From Staphylothermus hellenicus DSM 12710 (lineage in GTDB: Archaea; Thermoproteota; Thermoprotei_A; Sulfolobales; Desulfurococcaceae), in the NCBI RefSeq assembly GCF_000092465.1, contig NC_014205.1:420001-452000 (forward strand): a stretch of DNA of 32,000 nucleotides, written 5' to 3'. Below are positions 1 through 9,074 of the stretch, piece by piece (the stretch's first letter is position 1; every line of letters starts with the position of its first letter). Below the pieces are notes generated by a model, which was not told the origin of the DNA, made no database searches, and worked only from the letters and a program-made list of their open reading frames with translations. The position numbers and the translations under genes were made by a program.

Positions 1-793
1 TCGATATCTTATCTATGATATCTAGTCGAATACTTGGTCTTTTATCTGGTGGTAATGCATAATATATTGTTTGTATTCCTGGCTGAGCGGTTCCGAATGC
101 TAGGGGCGATATTGCTGTATCTATATAGTCTGCTCCCGCCTTCACGCTTTCTAGATAGGTTGCAACAGCTAATCCCGCTGTTGCATGTGTATGGACATTT
201 ACGGGGACTTTGAATTCTTTCTTCAATGCTGATACTAGCTCGTATGCTTTATGAGGTTCTAGTATGCCGGCCATGTCTTTAATTGTTATCATGTCTACAT
301 CCATTGCGAGAAGCTCCTCTGCGAATTTGAGATAGTAATCGATTGTGTGGACAGGGCTTATAGTGTAGCACATGGCTCCCTGAACAATTGCTCCTACCTC
401 TTTAGCTTTCCTAATACTAGTCTTCATGTTTCTTGGATCATTTAATGCATCAAATACTCTGAAAATATCTATTCCATTCTTATATGCTAGCTCAACAAAT
501 TTCTCCACAACATCGTCGGGGTAATGCCTGTAGCCTACAAGGTTTTGTCCTCGAAGAAGCATTTGAAGCTTTGTATTCTTTACATTTTCACGTATAAGTC
601 TAAGCCTTTCCCAGGGGTCTTCTCGTAGAAACCTTATGGCGGCATCAAATGTTGCTCCACCCCATACTTCTAAACTATAGAATCCAGCCTTATCTATTAG
701 ATCAGCTATTTCCAGTATATCTCTTGTGCGGAAACGGGTTGCTAGAAGCGATTGATGAGCGTCTCGAAGCGTTGTATCTATTATCTTAACCAT
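1..793 (-). CDS. Carboxyltransferase (HMGL-like TIM barrel) subunit of the oxaloacetate decarboxylase alpha / pyruvate carboxylase B / transcarboxylase 5S family; N-terminal ~264 codons, gene continues past the left edge
   Basis: Absent from the ORF track because it is open at the window edge. My minus-strand translation from the ATG at 793-791 gives MVKIIDTTLRDAHQSLLATRFRTRDILEIADLIDKAGFYSLEVWGGATFDAAIRFLREDPWERL...IKDMAGIL...VHTHATAGLA with no stop down to position 1. IDTTLRDAHQS, EVWGGATFD and HTHATAG are hallmark motifs of this family. Confidence 0.8.
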   Translation of the reverse strand, partial: MVKIIDTTLRDAHQSLLATRFRTRDILEIADLIDKAGFYSLEVWGGATFDAAIRFLREDPWERLRLIRENVKNTKLQMLLRGQNLVGYRHYPDDVVEKFVELAYKNGIDIFRVFDALNDPRNMKTSIRKAKEVGAIVQGAMCYTISPVHTIDYYLKFAEELLAMDVDMITIKDMAGILEPHKAYELVSALKKEFKVPVNVHTHATAGLAVATYLESVKAGADYIDTAISPLAFGTAQPGIQTIYYALPPDKRPSIRLDIIDKIS

Positions 794-821
794 TAATATC
801 CCACCCTGAAAACCTGCTATG

Positions 822-2174
822 CTATTTCTTATCCTCCATAATATACTGTAGCATTTTATCCTTAATTCTATGTATGTCTATAATGCCTTTATCCCCTGAT
901 CCAATTGTTTCCTCGGGATCATATATTGTGAACACACCATACCAGTCATGAACAGCATCATCGGGTCCTTTATCGTTTTCCTCTAGATACATGGTGTTCC
1001 AACCAATTGTTCCAGCAGCTCTCCAGCTTAGATCGTCGAAGTAAACCATCATATCAGGAGGATCCCCTTTAACTAGTGGGTATAGTTCTCGGGGAGTATA
1101 TGCTTTAGTGTTCCATACCTCACCATTTGGGCCCCTGATTTTTCTCAGCTCATGTTTTAGCTCCTCTATTAGTTCGGGAACATCTTTTGGCTCAACTACT
1201 CCATGGGGCTCCCTACCCTTAATATTTATGAAGAACCGGGAATAATATCCGCCCCAACCCCATACCTTGGTGTGCTCCCAATCTATCATGTTAGGCTTCA
1301 GGTCTTCGCCGGGTTTCTCCGGTTTCTTCTTAAGCTTTAAATATCCTTTTTCTTCAAGCCACTGATTAACAACAAATGCTCCCTTCATAGCTTTGGCTCC
1401 ATGATCTGAGACCACGAATACTAGTGTGTCTTTAGGTATTTTTTCTAGGAGCAAACCTATTTTTTCGTCGAGGAACTTATAGTAGTCGGGTATAATGTGC
1501 TCATACTTGTTTCCTGGAACATGTTTTGGATGGTTACGGTCCCAGTATTTCCAGAAAGCATGGTGTAGTCTGTCAACACCTATTTCAACAAACCATGCAA
1601 ATCCCCACTTCTTATTTGTTAACAAGTATTCTAGTACTTTGAAGTGTTGTTCCGTCATCTCCCATAATTCTTTAGCTACTTTGTCTCGATCCTCTATTCT
1701 GAATACTACATCGAATATGTAGGGCCCGAATCTATTCTCTATTTCTTTTTTAAGCCATGGCGGCCAAGTGTATCGTTTCGTATGGTCTGGTGTTATGAAG
1801 TCGCTGATCAAATACCCTTTTACCGGTCTTGGAGGATAAGATGGAGGAACACTTACTACAATACTGTTTACACCGTGTTTTCCAAGAGTATTCCATATAG
1901 GTTCTTCCTTAATCCGAGTTGAATCTGCAATATACATTTTATCATAACTGCCGAGAACTCTGTGTCTAAAACCATATAATCCCAGCTCTCCAGGGGTCTT
2001 ACCGGTCGCCATAACCATCCATGCAGGAATAGTTATTGGTGGATGACTAGATCTCATAATATATCTTTGGCCCTCACCAACTAGTTTGCCGAGGACATTT
2101 AGTTCATTTCTCAATTCATCATATAGTATTCTTGGAGGAGCACAATCTAATCCAATAACAATAGCTCTCCTCAA
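822..2174 (-). CDS. Alkaline-phosphatase-superfamily enzyme (type I phosphodiesterase / nucleotide pyrophosphatase-like)
   Basis: 450-aa ORF. The N-terminal IVIGLDCAPP carries the metal-ligand Asp context and the internal FVVSDHG motif is typical of the AP superfamily. No signal peptide seen. Exact substrate unknown. Confidence 0.65.
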   Translation of the reverse strand: MRRAIVIGLDCAPPRILYDELRNELNVLGKLVGEGQRYIMRSSHPPITIPAWMVMATGKTPGELGLYGFRHRVLGSYDKMYIADSTRIKEEPIWNTLGKHGVNSIVVSVPPSYPPRPVKGYLISDFITPDHTKRYTWPPWLKKEIENRFGPYIFDVVFRIEDRDKVAKELWEMTEQHFKVLEYLLTNKKWGFAWFVEIGVDRLHHAFWKYWDRNHPKHVPGNKYEHIIPDYYKFLDEKIGLLLEKIPKDTLVFVVSDHGAKAMKGAFVVNQWLEEKGYLKLKKKPEKPGEDLKPNMIDWEHTKVWGWGGYYSRFFINIKGREPHGVVEPKDVPELIEELKHELRKIRGPNGEVWNTKAYTPRELYPLVKGDPPDMMVYFDDLSWRAAGTIGWNTMYLEENDKGPDDAVHDWYGVFTIYDPEETIGSGDKGIIDIHRIKDKMLQYIMEDKK

Positions 2175-2295
2175 CCCTTAACACACCATATAAGCATGAT
2201 ATGTTTAAATACTATTAGTCTATTACCTTATAAAGACAGTTTTATCCATGTTTAATTAATTCTTCCACATAATAACTAGGTATAAGAATAAAGGT

Positions 2296-2841
2296 TTAAT
2301 TAATATTGAATCTTCTAGCAAGGTAATTAATTATTTTGGCAACATTTTCTTCGACAGAATACTTAACAGTATCCACAACTATATCAGGGTTTTCCGGGGG
2401 CTCATATGGATCGCTTATTCCTGTGAAATGTTTTATTTCTCCCCGCAAGGCCTTCTTATATAGTCCTTTTGGATCCCTCCTTATGCATTCCTCTAGTGGG
2501 CAATAAACATATACTTCAACAAATGGTGCTTCCCCCTCGATTATTTCACGAATCATCTTGCGCACGTCGCGGTATGGTGATACAAAGCTGCAGAGAACAA
2601 TTACTCCGTTCCTAGCAAGAAGCCTGGCAACCCATGCTATGCGGTGTAGATGTATTCTACGCTCCTCCCTAGTATAGCCGGCGCCTAGACTAATTGTTTT
2701 ACGGGCCCAATCACCATCAATAACTTCTACACGATAACCTTTGTCTCTAAGAATCTCTGCAACCTTATATGCTAGTGTAGTCTTACCGCTTCCAGGTAAG
2801 CCGGTGAACCAGACAACAAATCCTTTGTCTAAATACTTCAA
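2296..2841 (-). CDS. cysC: Adenylylsulfate (APS) kinase
   Basis: 181 aa. P-loop GLPGSGKTTLA, followed by DGD and a length and layout typical of APS kinase. Lies next to ATP sulfurylase. Confidence 0.9.
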   Translation of the reverse strand: MKYLDKGFVVWFTGLPGSGKTTLAYKVAEILRDKGYRVEVIDGDWARKTISLGAGYTREERRIHLHRIAWVARLLARNGVIVLCSFVSPYRDVRKMIREIIEGEAPFVEVYVYCPLEECIRRDPKGLYKKALRGEIKHFTGISDPYEPPENPDIVVDTVKYSVEENVAKIINYLARRFNIN

Positions 2842-3062
2842 AACACGGCCCCCCTTCTCCCACTATGCACTAGTGATTATTTGTTGAAACATTTCACTAT
2901 TATCCATAGTAGGGGAATATTATTGTTTTCCACTTATTTCTACACATATCTGCGAGTGTTAGTCTTTGCATATTCTCCTAACACTTTTTTAAATAGTAAT
3001 AGTTTTATTTCCCTGATTAATTATATTTAATTAATCGTGAAGCGTAGTGTTTCGGTGATAAT

Positions 3063-3293
3063 ATGGAGAATGAGAAAAGAATAAAATACACAACCGTCTC
3101 AATACCTATTACATTATATAATAGAATTAAGAAACTCATTGAAAACACTGGTTTCACCAGTGTATCCCAGTATGTAGCATATGTTTTAAGAGAGGTTGTT
3201 GCCGCACATGAAGAGGAGAAGTATGAGGAACCATTTACTGAGGAGGATAAGCAGAAAATCATTGAGAAGCTTCGCAGGCTAGGATATATTTAA
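3063..3293 (+). CDS. Small ribbon-helix-helix (CopG-like) DNA-binding protein, paralog of 4528-4749
   Basis: 76 aa. The N-terminal beta-strand plus helices pattern (TTVSIPITLYNRIKKLIENTGFTSVSQYVAYVLREVV) is followed by an acidic linker and a C-terminal KLRRLGYI tail. It ends 20 nt upstream of sat. Confidence 0.6.
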   Translation: MENEKRIKYTTVSIPITLYNRIKKLIENTGFTSVSQYVAYVLREVVAAHEEEKYEEPFTEEDKQKIIEKLRRLGYI

Positions 3294-3313
3294 GGTATGA
3301 AGGGTGATATATT

Positions 3314-4462
3314 GTGATACCTCGTCCCCACGGCGGGAAACTAGTTAATAGAATTGTTTCTTCTAAGAGGAGATCAGCATTACTAGAGGAAGCAGGGGAG
3401 CTTCCAAGTATAAATATTAGCTATGAGAGATTAATTGATCTACTCGATATCGCTAATGGAGCTTTCAGCCCCCTAGAGGGGTTCATGGTTCAAGAGGATT
3501 ATTTACATGTATTATATGATATGAGGCTGGCAAATGATCTACCATGGACCATACCCGTGATCCTAGATGTTGACCCTATGGAGATTAGCGGTGTTAAGGA
3601 AGGCGATGATATTGCTCTTAAATATAATAATGAAATCTACGCTATTATGAGGATAGAGGAAATCTATGGGTGGGATAAGAAGGAATATGCTAGACAAGTA
3701 TATAAAACAACAGATCCAAACCATCCAGGAGTGGCCAAAACTTATCAACGCAAAGAATTACTAGTTGGAGGAACAATTGATTTACTAAACCAGCCACATC
3801 ACCCGCTTGAACATAGAATACTGTGGCCTATAGAAACACGTGTTCTTTTCAGAGAGAAGAAGTGGAGAACAATAGTGGCTTTCCAAACACGTAATGTTCC
3901 CCACCGTGGACACGAATATGTTCAGAAAGCAGCCTTAACATTTACTGATGGCTTATTCATTCACCCACTAATAGGCTGGAAGAAGCCGGGAGATTACCGT
4001 GACGAAGTTATTTTTGCAGCATACGAAGTATTGATCAAGCATTACTATCCGGATAATGTGGTTGTACTAGCTGGTTTAATGATGAATATGAACTATGCTG
4101 GTCCTCGAGAAGCCGTTCACCACGCTATTGTTAGGAAGAATTTCGGTGCAACACATTTCATTGTTGGAAGAGACCATGCTGGGGTGGGAGATTATTATAA
4201 ACCATATGAGGCATGGGAGATATTCGATGAATTCCCAGACCTAGGTATAACGCCATTATTTATACGAGAAGCATTCTATTGCAGGAAATGCGGTGGAATG
4301 GTTAATGAGAAAATATGTCCTCACAGCGAAGAATATAGGGTCAGAATAAGTGGTACTAAAATTAGAGAAATGATTAGAAAAGGTATTATGCCGCCAGAAT
4401 ACATGATGAGACCTGAAGTTGCTAAGGTAATACTTAGTTTTAAAGACCCATTTGTACATTGA
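3314..4462 (+). CDS. sat: Sulfate adenylyltransferase (ATP sulfurylase)
   Basis: 382 aa with a GTG start. Motifs AFQTRNVPHRGHEYVQK and VGRDHAGVG are diagnostic of ATP sulfurylase. Confidence 0.9.
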   Translation: MIPRPHGGKLVNRIVSSKRRSALLEEAGELPSINISYERLIDLLDIANGAFSPLEGFMVQEDYLHVLYDMRLANDLPWTIPVILDVDPMEISGVKEGDDIALKYNNEIYAIMRIEEIYGWDKKEYARQVYKTTDPNHPGVAKTYQRKELLVGGTIDLLNQPHHPLEHRILWPIETRVLFREKKWRTIVAFQTRNVPHRGHEYVQKAALTFTDGLFIHPLIGWKKPGDYRDEVIFAAYEVLIKHYYPDNVVVLAGLMMNMNYAGPREAVHHAIVRKNFGATHFIVGRDHAGVGDYYKPYEAWEIFDEFPDLGITPLFIREAFYCRKCGGMVNEKICPHSEEYRVRISGTKIREMIRKGIMPPEYMMRPEVAKVILSFKDPFVH

Positions 4463-4527
4463 GAAACAATAATAAGCTAAAACACACATTATTATTATCA
4501 ATATAGTTCATAGATGGTGTAAATGTC

Positions 4528-4749
4528 TTGGCGGAGGAAGAGGTCAGTGTTAAAATAAGTATTCCTAAAACATTATATGAGAAAATAACTCGGGAAGCAA
4601 AAGATGCTGGTTTCAACAATATTGAGGAGTTTATAATATATGTATTGGAGCAACTTGTCGAGACTAGCAGTGTTGAAGGAGAAACTATGAGTAAGGAGGA
4701 TGAGGAAAAGGTTAAGGAGAGGCTTAGAGCTCTCGGATATATTGATTAA
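4528..4749 (+). CDS. Small ribbon-helix-helix (CopG-like) protein, paralog of 3063-3293
   Basis: 73 aa with a TTG start in the track. VKISIPKTLYEKITREAKDAGFNNIEEFIIYVLEQLVE is followed by an acidic linker and a C-terminal RLRALGYID, the same architecture as the ORF upstream of sat. Confidence 0.6.
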   Translation: MAEEEVSVKISIPKTLYEKITREAKDAGFNNIEEFIIYVLEQLVETSSVEGETMSKEDEEKVKERLRALGYID

Positions 4750-4789
4750 TCCATGTAGGGTTTGGAAAAATAATTGTTTTTATTTATGC

Positions 4790-6538
4790 CTACAAAATAG
4801 TTGCCCAATAATGTAGTAGCACAGCTATTATTATTGCGTTGGCAACTATTCCGAACAAGAAACCATAGATCATTAGATCCTTTATATTAGCTTTACCGCT
4901 AGCATACACTATTGCTGATGGAGGAGTAGATATTGGTAATGCTATAGCGTTATTCAGTGATACAACAGCTACGACAGTTGCTAGTGCAGCACCTGTTGCA
5001 GGGTTTAATCCTAGTGATGCAGCCATAGTCATTCCTAAAGGTATTGTTAATGGTGCTATGAATGCTGATGCTGATGTATGGCTTGATATGAATGTTCCTA
5101 TGAAGTATGCTGTAAAGCCTATGATGTAGAAGCCTGCCCATCCAAGTGATCCTACACTGTGTAGCTGTGATAATAAATAGTTAGCCCACCCACTCTTCAT
5201 CAAGCCTGATCCAAGGGTTAATCCGGCACCGAACAACACCATTAGATCCCATGCGAGCTTTTTCCAGTGCTCCTTTGGATTCAATATACCTGTTGCAAAA
5301 AACAATAGTATACCTATGCCTGCAGCAATACCTGTCTTAATACCGTGTAAAGGCTCAGTAATCCATAAACCTACAAGTATTAATAACTCTGTCAACGCTA
5401 TAATCTCCGCTCTACTCCAAGGCTTAGCTTCCCCTTTCTCCCTTATCCCTTTAAGATAATCCTTAACAATACCTAGTTCTCCAGAAGCAGTTATTTTAGC
5501 GTATAGAAACGCCAACAATACTCCTATAGTAAACCCTATTATCCAAGCAGGTAATCCGATCAGCAGCCACCTATAGAATCCTATAGCATAGTATCCGTAA
5601 GCAAACTTGTTGAGAAACTCGGCAGCTATAAGATTTGGAGGAGTACCTATCAATGTTGCTGTCCCACCAATACTAGCCCCCATCGCTAATGAAACCATCG
5701 CTATAGATGATATTCTAGGAGCTTTATCCCTAATACCAGCTAGTAGTGCAGCCGCTAATGGGAGCATAACATATGTTGCAGCAGTATTGCTCATCCACAT
5801 GCTTAAGAAGCTTCCCAGAAAACTTATTCCAAGAATCAATGTATAGGGTCCTCGAGCGATCCTGGATAAAAGCCTGGCTACACGAACATCTAGTCCTTTC
5901 TCCCTAATAACAAGCTCCATAGCACTACCAGCTATAAACACCATTATCAGTGGAGCCATATAGTATTGATAAGCTGTGCTAGCTGGTTGAACACCCACTA
6001 ATACCAATGCTAGAGTAACGTATAAACCAGTGATAATATAGTGTATTATTGATGCTGAAGCAAATAATACTATTGCTGAGCCAAAAATAAACCCGGCTTC
6101 TCTAGCATGAATATATGGCTGGACACTAATCTCCACACATTTATCGGTTTTACTTGTTGGAATATACTTGTATAGGTGATTATCCGGAGTCTTTATAGTC
6201 AGTGAAACATCTTTAATGCTTAGCTCAACAAGTTCGTTGTCCCTATATAAGCAGACATTAAACACTAATGGTTTACCAACATATACGCCTCCCGGAGACC
6301 TCAACGCTACTTGTAAAACCTCATTGTTTCCTGTAGAGAAGTTTTTAACGATATGCTTATCCGATAAATTAAACTCTAACACACCAACACTTTTACCGTG
6401 TAAGAAAACCTCGGCAGTATAAGTTCCCTGAACCGGCCAGTCAGGCGGTGAAACACTATATACAATTGCTCCAGCTACTATGGCGATAAGAACTATTATA
6501 GTGATCTCAACGATCCTATTCATCACATCCACCTCCAC
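4790..6538 (-). CDS. Anion permease of the DASS/SLC13 - ArsB/NhaD superfamily (sulfate/dicarboxylate-type) with an extra N-terminal anchored beta-rich domain
   Basis: 582 aa. There are about 12 or more hydrophobic segments from residue ~150 onward, with the repeated GT(A/P)PN-like hairpin motif (GGTATLIGTPPNLIAAEF; PISTPPSAIVYASG) typical of DASS transporters. Residues 1-145 are one TM helix plus a beta-rich non-membrane segment. Confidence 0.7.
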   Translation of the reverse strand: MEVDVMNRIVEITIIVLIAIVAGAIVYSVSPPDWPVQGTYTAEVFLHGKSVGVLEFNLSDKHIVKNFSTGNNEVLQVALRSPGGVYVGKPLVFNVCLYRDNELVELSIKDVSLTIKTPDNHLYKYIPTSKTDKCVEISVQPYIHAREAGFIFGSAIVLFASASIIHYIITGLYVTLALVLVGVQPASTAYQYYMAPLIMVFIAGSAMELVIREKGLDVRVARLLSRIARGPYTLILGISFLGSFLSMWMSNTAATYVMLPLAAALLAGIRDKAPRISSIAMVSLAMGASIGGTATLIGTPPNLIAAEFLNKFAYGYYAIGFYRWLLIGLPAWIIGFTIGVLLAFLYAKITASGELGIVKDYLKGIREKGEAKPWSRAEIIALTELLILVGLWITEPLHGIKTGIAAGIGILLFFATGILNPKEHWKKLAWDLMVLFGAGLTLGSGLMKSGWANYLLSQLHSVGSLGWAGFYIIGFTAYFIGTFISSHTSASAFIAPLTIPLGMTMAASLGLNPATGAALATVVAVVSLNNAIALPISTPPSAIVYASGKANIKDLMIYGFLFGIVANAIIIAVLLHYWATIL

Positions 6539-6707
6539 ATCTTATCCATATATTCACTACATGTATGAAAGCATTAGGCTTATACGCATAAAAATATAAA
6601 GGAAGTCTTATATGAAAAACTTACCTTTGAAACACAATTATACTTGGCATTTATTATAAATTAATGATTTATATTATTAATTGAAATCGTTAATAGGTGA
6701 GCATTGA

Positions 6708-7454
6708 ATGAAGACATTACTTATAAGCGATATACATGGGAACCTGCCGGCTCTCCAAACAGTATTAGATAATGAAGTATATGATGAAATAATTGTTCTA
6801 GGAGACATAGTAGATTATGGTCCTTTCCCAGGAGAAGTACTAGATGTTTTGAGAAGTATTGGAGCCAGAATTATTCGTGGAAACCATGACCACGCCGTTG
6901 GATACGGTGTTGATTGTAAATGTGGTGAGGCTACACATTGGGTTAGTGTATGGTTTAGAGAAAATATAACCAACAAGCTATTGAGCAATAATGATAAAGA
7001 ATACTTGGCAAGACTGCCATTATTTATTGAAAGAGACAATGCATTATTTGTGCACGGATCACCTTCGAATCCCTTATATGACTATCTATATCCATGGATT
7101 GGATACAAGGAAATAACAGAGAAAATCTCCCGAATAGTAACTAGTCGAAAATATGTTTTTGGAAAAACCATAGATAAACACCGGTATAAGAGGATCTATG
7201 TCGGACATACACATGTACAGTTCATGTTAACTATAGATTCTACGCAAGTAATTAATCCGGGAAGCATTGGTCAGCCAAGAGATGGTGATCCAAGGGCTGC
7301 ATATGCTGTAGTCGAGAACGACACAGTTATTTTTAAGAGAATAAAGTATCCTGTTGAAAAAATTATTAGGAGGTATGAGGAGCTAAAAATACCTGATCCA
7401 TACTATTCTTTTCTGAAACAACTACTTTTAACAGGCAGGCTGCCTCATCGCTGA
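6708..7454 (+). CDS. Calcineurin-like metallophosphoesterase (YfcE/MJ0936-type phosphodiesterase)
   Basis: 248 aa. Canonical motif series DIHGN, GDIVDYGP, GNHD, VHGSP, GHTH. Confidence 0.8.
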   Translation: MKTLLISDIHGNLPALQTVLDNEVYDEIIVLGDIVDYGPFPGEVLDVLRSIGARIIRGNHDHAVGYGVDCKCGEATHWVSVWFRENITNKLLSNNDKEYLARLPLFIERDNALFVHGSPSNPLYDYLYPWIGYKEITEKISRIVTSRKYVFGKTIDKHRYKRIYVGHTHVQFMLTIDSTQVINPGSIGQPRDGDPRAAYAVVENDTVIFKRIKYPVEKIIRRYEELKIPDPYYSFLKQLLLTGRLPHR

Positions 7455-7461
7455 ACAAGTT

Positions 7462-8898
7462 TTACGGAGTCCCCGCTATTCCGGGTAGTTTCGGGAATAT
7501 AGTTGCATATCCTACATGTTTATGGCCTGCCAAATATCTTGTTAGCCTCTCTAATCCTAGTCCCCAACCACTACTAGGCGGGATCCCGCCTTGTTTTACT
7601 AGTTCTATGAACCACCCATATTTATGAAGGGGCTCGCCCAGCTTCCTTATTCTCTCAACAATTTGCGGATATCTATATTCTCTGGCTCCACCATCTATTA
7701 CTTCACCGTACCCCTCTGGTAGTAGTAGGTTGAAGTCCAAGTTGTATCTTGGATCATCACGGTCTGGTAGGTAGTAGAATCCACGGCTAATAGCAGGGTA
7801 TCCTATGATCCATACTGGTGAATCATAGTATTCTGCGATTCTCGTTTCTGCTGTATGTGTTAGTTCCTTACCCCACTCCACGGGTTCTCCAAGTTTCTCT
7901 GCTAGTTCTAGTGCTTCATCATATCTTATCCTTGGAAAGGGCGGTTTAAGTATTACTGGTTCTTTTCTCTCACCGATATCGTATATTAGATCCATGTATT
8001 TATCAGCAATAGTCTTGGATACATTATATAATAGTTCCTCAGCAAGCCTCATTACATCTTCTAAACCGCTCATAGCCCACTCGATATCTAGTTGTGTAAA
8101 CTCGGATAAGTGTCTACCTGTCCATATGTTTTCTGGTGGTTCTTCACGAATGTTTCTTGCTGTGAAGAATACTTTTTCATAGACAGCTGCTGAGGCTTGT
8201 TTAAACATTATAACACTGCTTGTTAACTCGTATGTTTCTCCATAATATTTTGTTTTCAGTTTCCCTGCGCCTCTAAGCCCTGGATCACTAGCTACGCTGA
8301 TCATTGGCGGTAATAACTCTATAAAGCCTTTACTATATAGGATCCCCCTACTATACCTTGTAACATATGATAATAATTTTATAGTGGAAGATATTTTCGG
8401 GTTTCTAAAATACCATGCATAGTTCTTAGCATAATCTGTTAATCCGATATGATCTATTCTTGTATACTTGATTATTCTCTCCTCTACAGGTTTGTGGATC
8501 ACCTTGTAATCAACAACAATAATAGTATCATCTGCAACGATGCCTTTGAGCCACAGCAGTGTTTCTAGGGGAAGACTCTTGATCCTATCGGAACCTATAC
8601 CTCTCAGTTTGAACAATTCTATCCCGCTAGGATCTCTAAACACTATTTTATCTCCAGTCTTATCAGCGATCCAAGCAATAATTTCTACTGCTCTACTGTC
8701 TCTACATTGTTTTAGATGTTTTAATAGAATGGTTCTCCTATATTTCGAATATAGAGGCTTAGAATAGGTTTTAGAGGATTTAAGCCCCGTTTTACTCGTT
8801 AAAACGCATCCCTTATCACCTTGATTATACCATTCATTTTTCGAACAATTATTTAGGCTTGACCCTTGTTTATCTGAATACTTTTTGCCGGATCCCAA
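7462..8898 (-). CDS. Divergent class IIb (Asp/Asn-type) aminoacyl-tRNA-synthetase paralog
   Basis: 478 aa. An OB-fold-like N-domain is followed by a class II core. Motif 2 region FFTARNIREEP...GRHLSEFTQLDIEWA; motif 3 SGWGLGLERLTRYL. The canonical FRAE and GGSQRE signatures are replaced by TARNIREE and GGAREYRY. The first ~60 residues are low complexity, so the true start is uncertain. Confidence 0.6.
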   Translation of the reverse strand: MGSGKKYSDKQGSSLNNCSKNEWYNQGDKGCVLTSKTGLKSSKTYSKPLYSKYRRTILLKHLKQCRDSRAVEIIAWIADKTGDKIVFRDPSGIELFKLRGIGSDRIKSLPLETLLWLKGIVADDTIIVVDYKVIHKPVEERIIKYTRIDHIGLTDYAKNYAWYFRNPKISSTIKLLSYVTRYSRGILYSKGFIELLPPMISVASDPGLRGAGKLKTKYYGETYELTSSVIMFKQASAAVYEKVFFTARNIREEPPENIWTGRHLSEFTQLDIEWAMSGLEDVMRLAEELLYNVSKTIADKYMDLIYDIGERKEPVILKPPFPRIRYDEALELAEKLGEPVEWGKELTHTAETRIAEYYDSPVWIIGYPAISRGFYYLPDRDDPRYNLDFNLLLPEGYGEVIDGGAREYRYPQIVERIRKLGEPLHKYGWFIELVKQGGIPPSSGWGLGLERLTRYLAGHKHVGYATIFPKLPGIAGTP

Positions 8899-9074
8899 GC
8901 TTTTTACTAATTAAAGATAATCCGATCAGATAATTGTTCGGTTATATGATTATTTATTTATATTGTTTTCCAGCAATGTTTGTTGGATTCTTTCTTTTCC
9001 AGTGAGTAATCATTGATAATTTTTAAAATGTATCGTTTATGTGTTTAATAGATATGATGAGGTGATTTATTGAG

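Noticed and set aside
1495-8767. Short ORFs antisense to or overlapping strong genes in the left block (1495-1722, 3017-3262, 3563-3748, 4256-4501, 4950-5141, 5607-5846, 6216-6422, 6815-7039, 7994-8182, 8540-8767)
   Set aside because: Each lies wholly or mostly within, or opposite, a longer ORF with clear family motifs. None shows a motif or a sensible start context.
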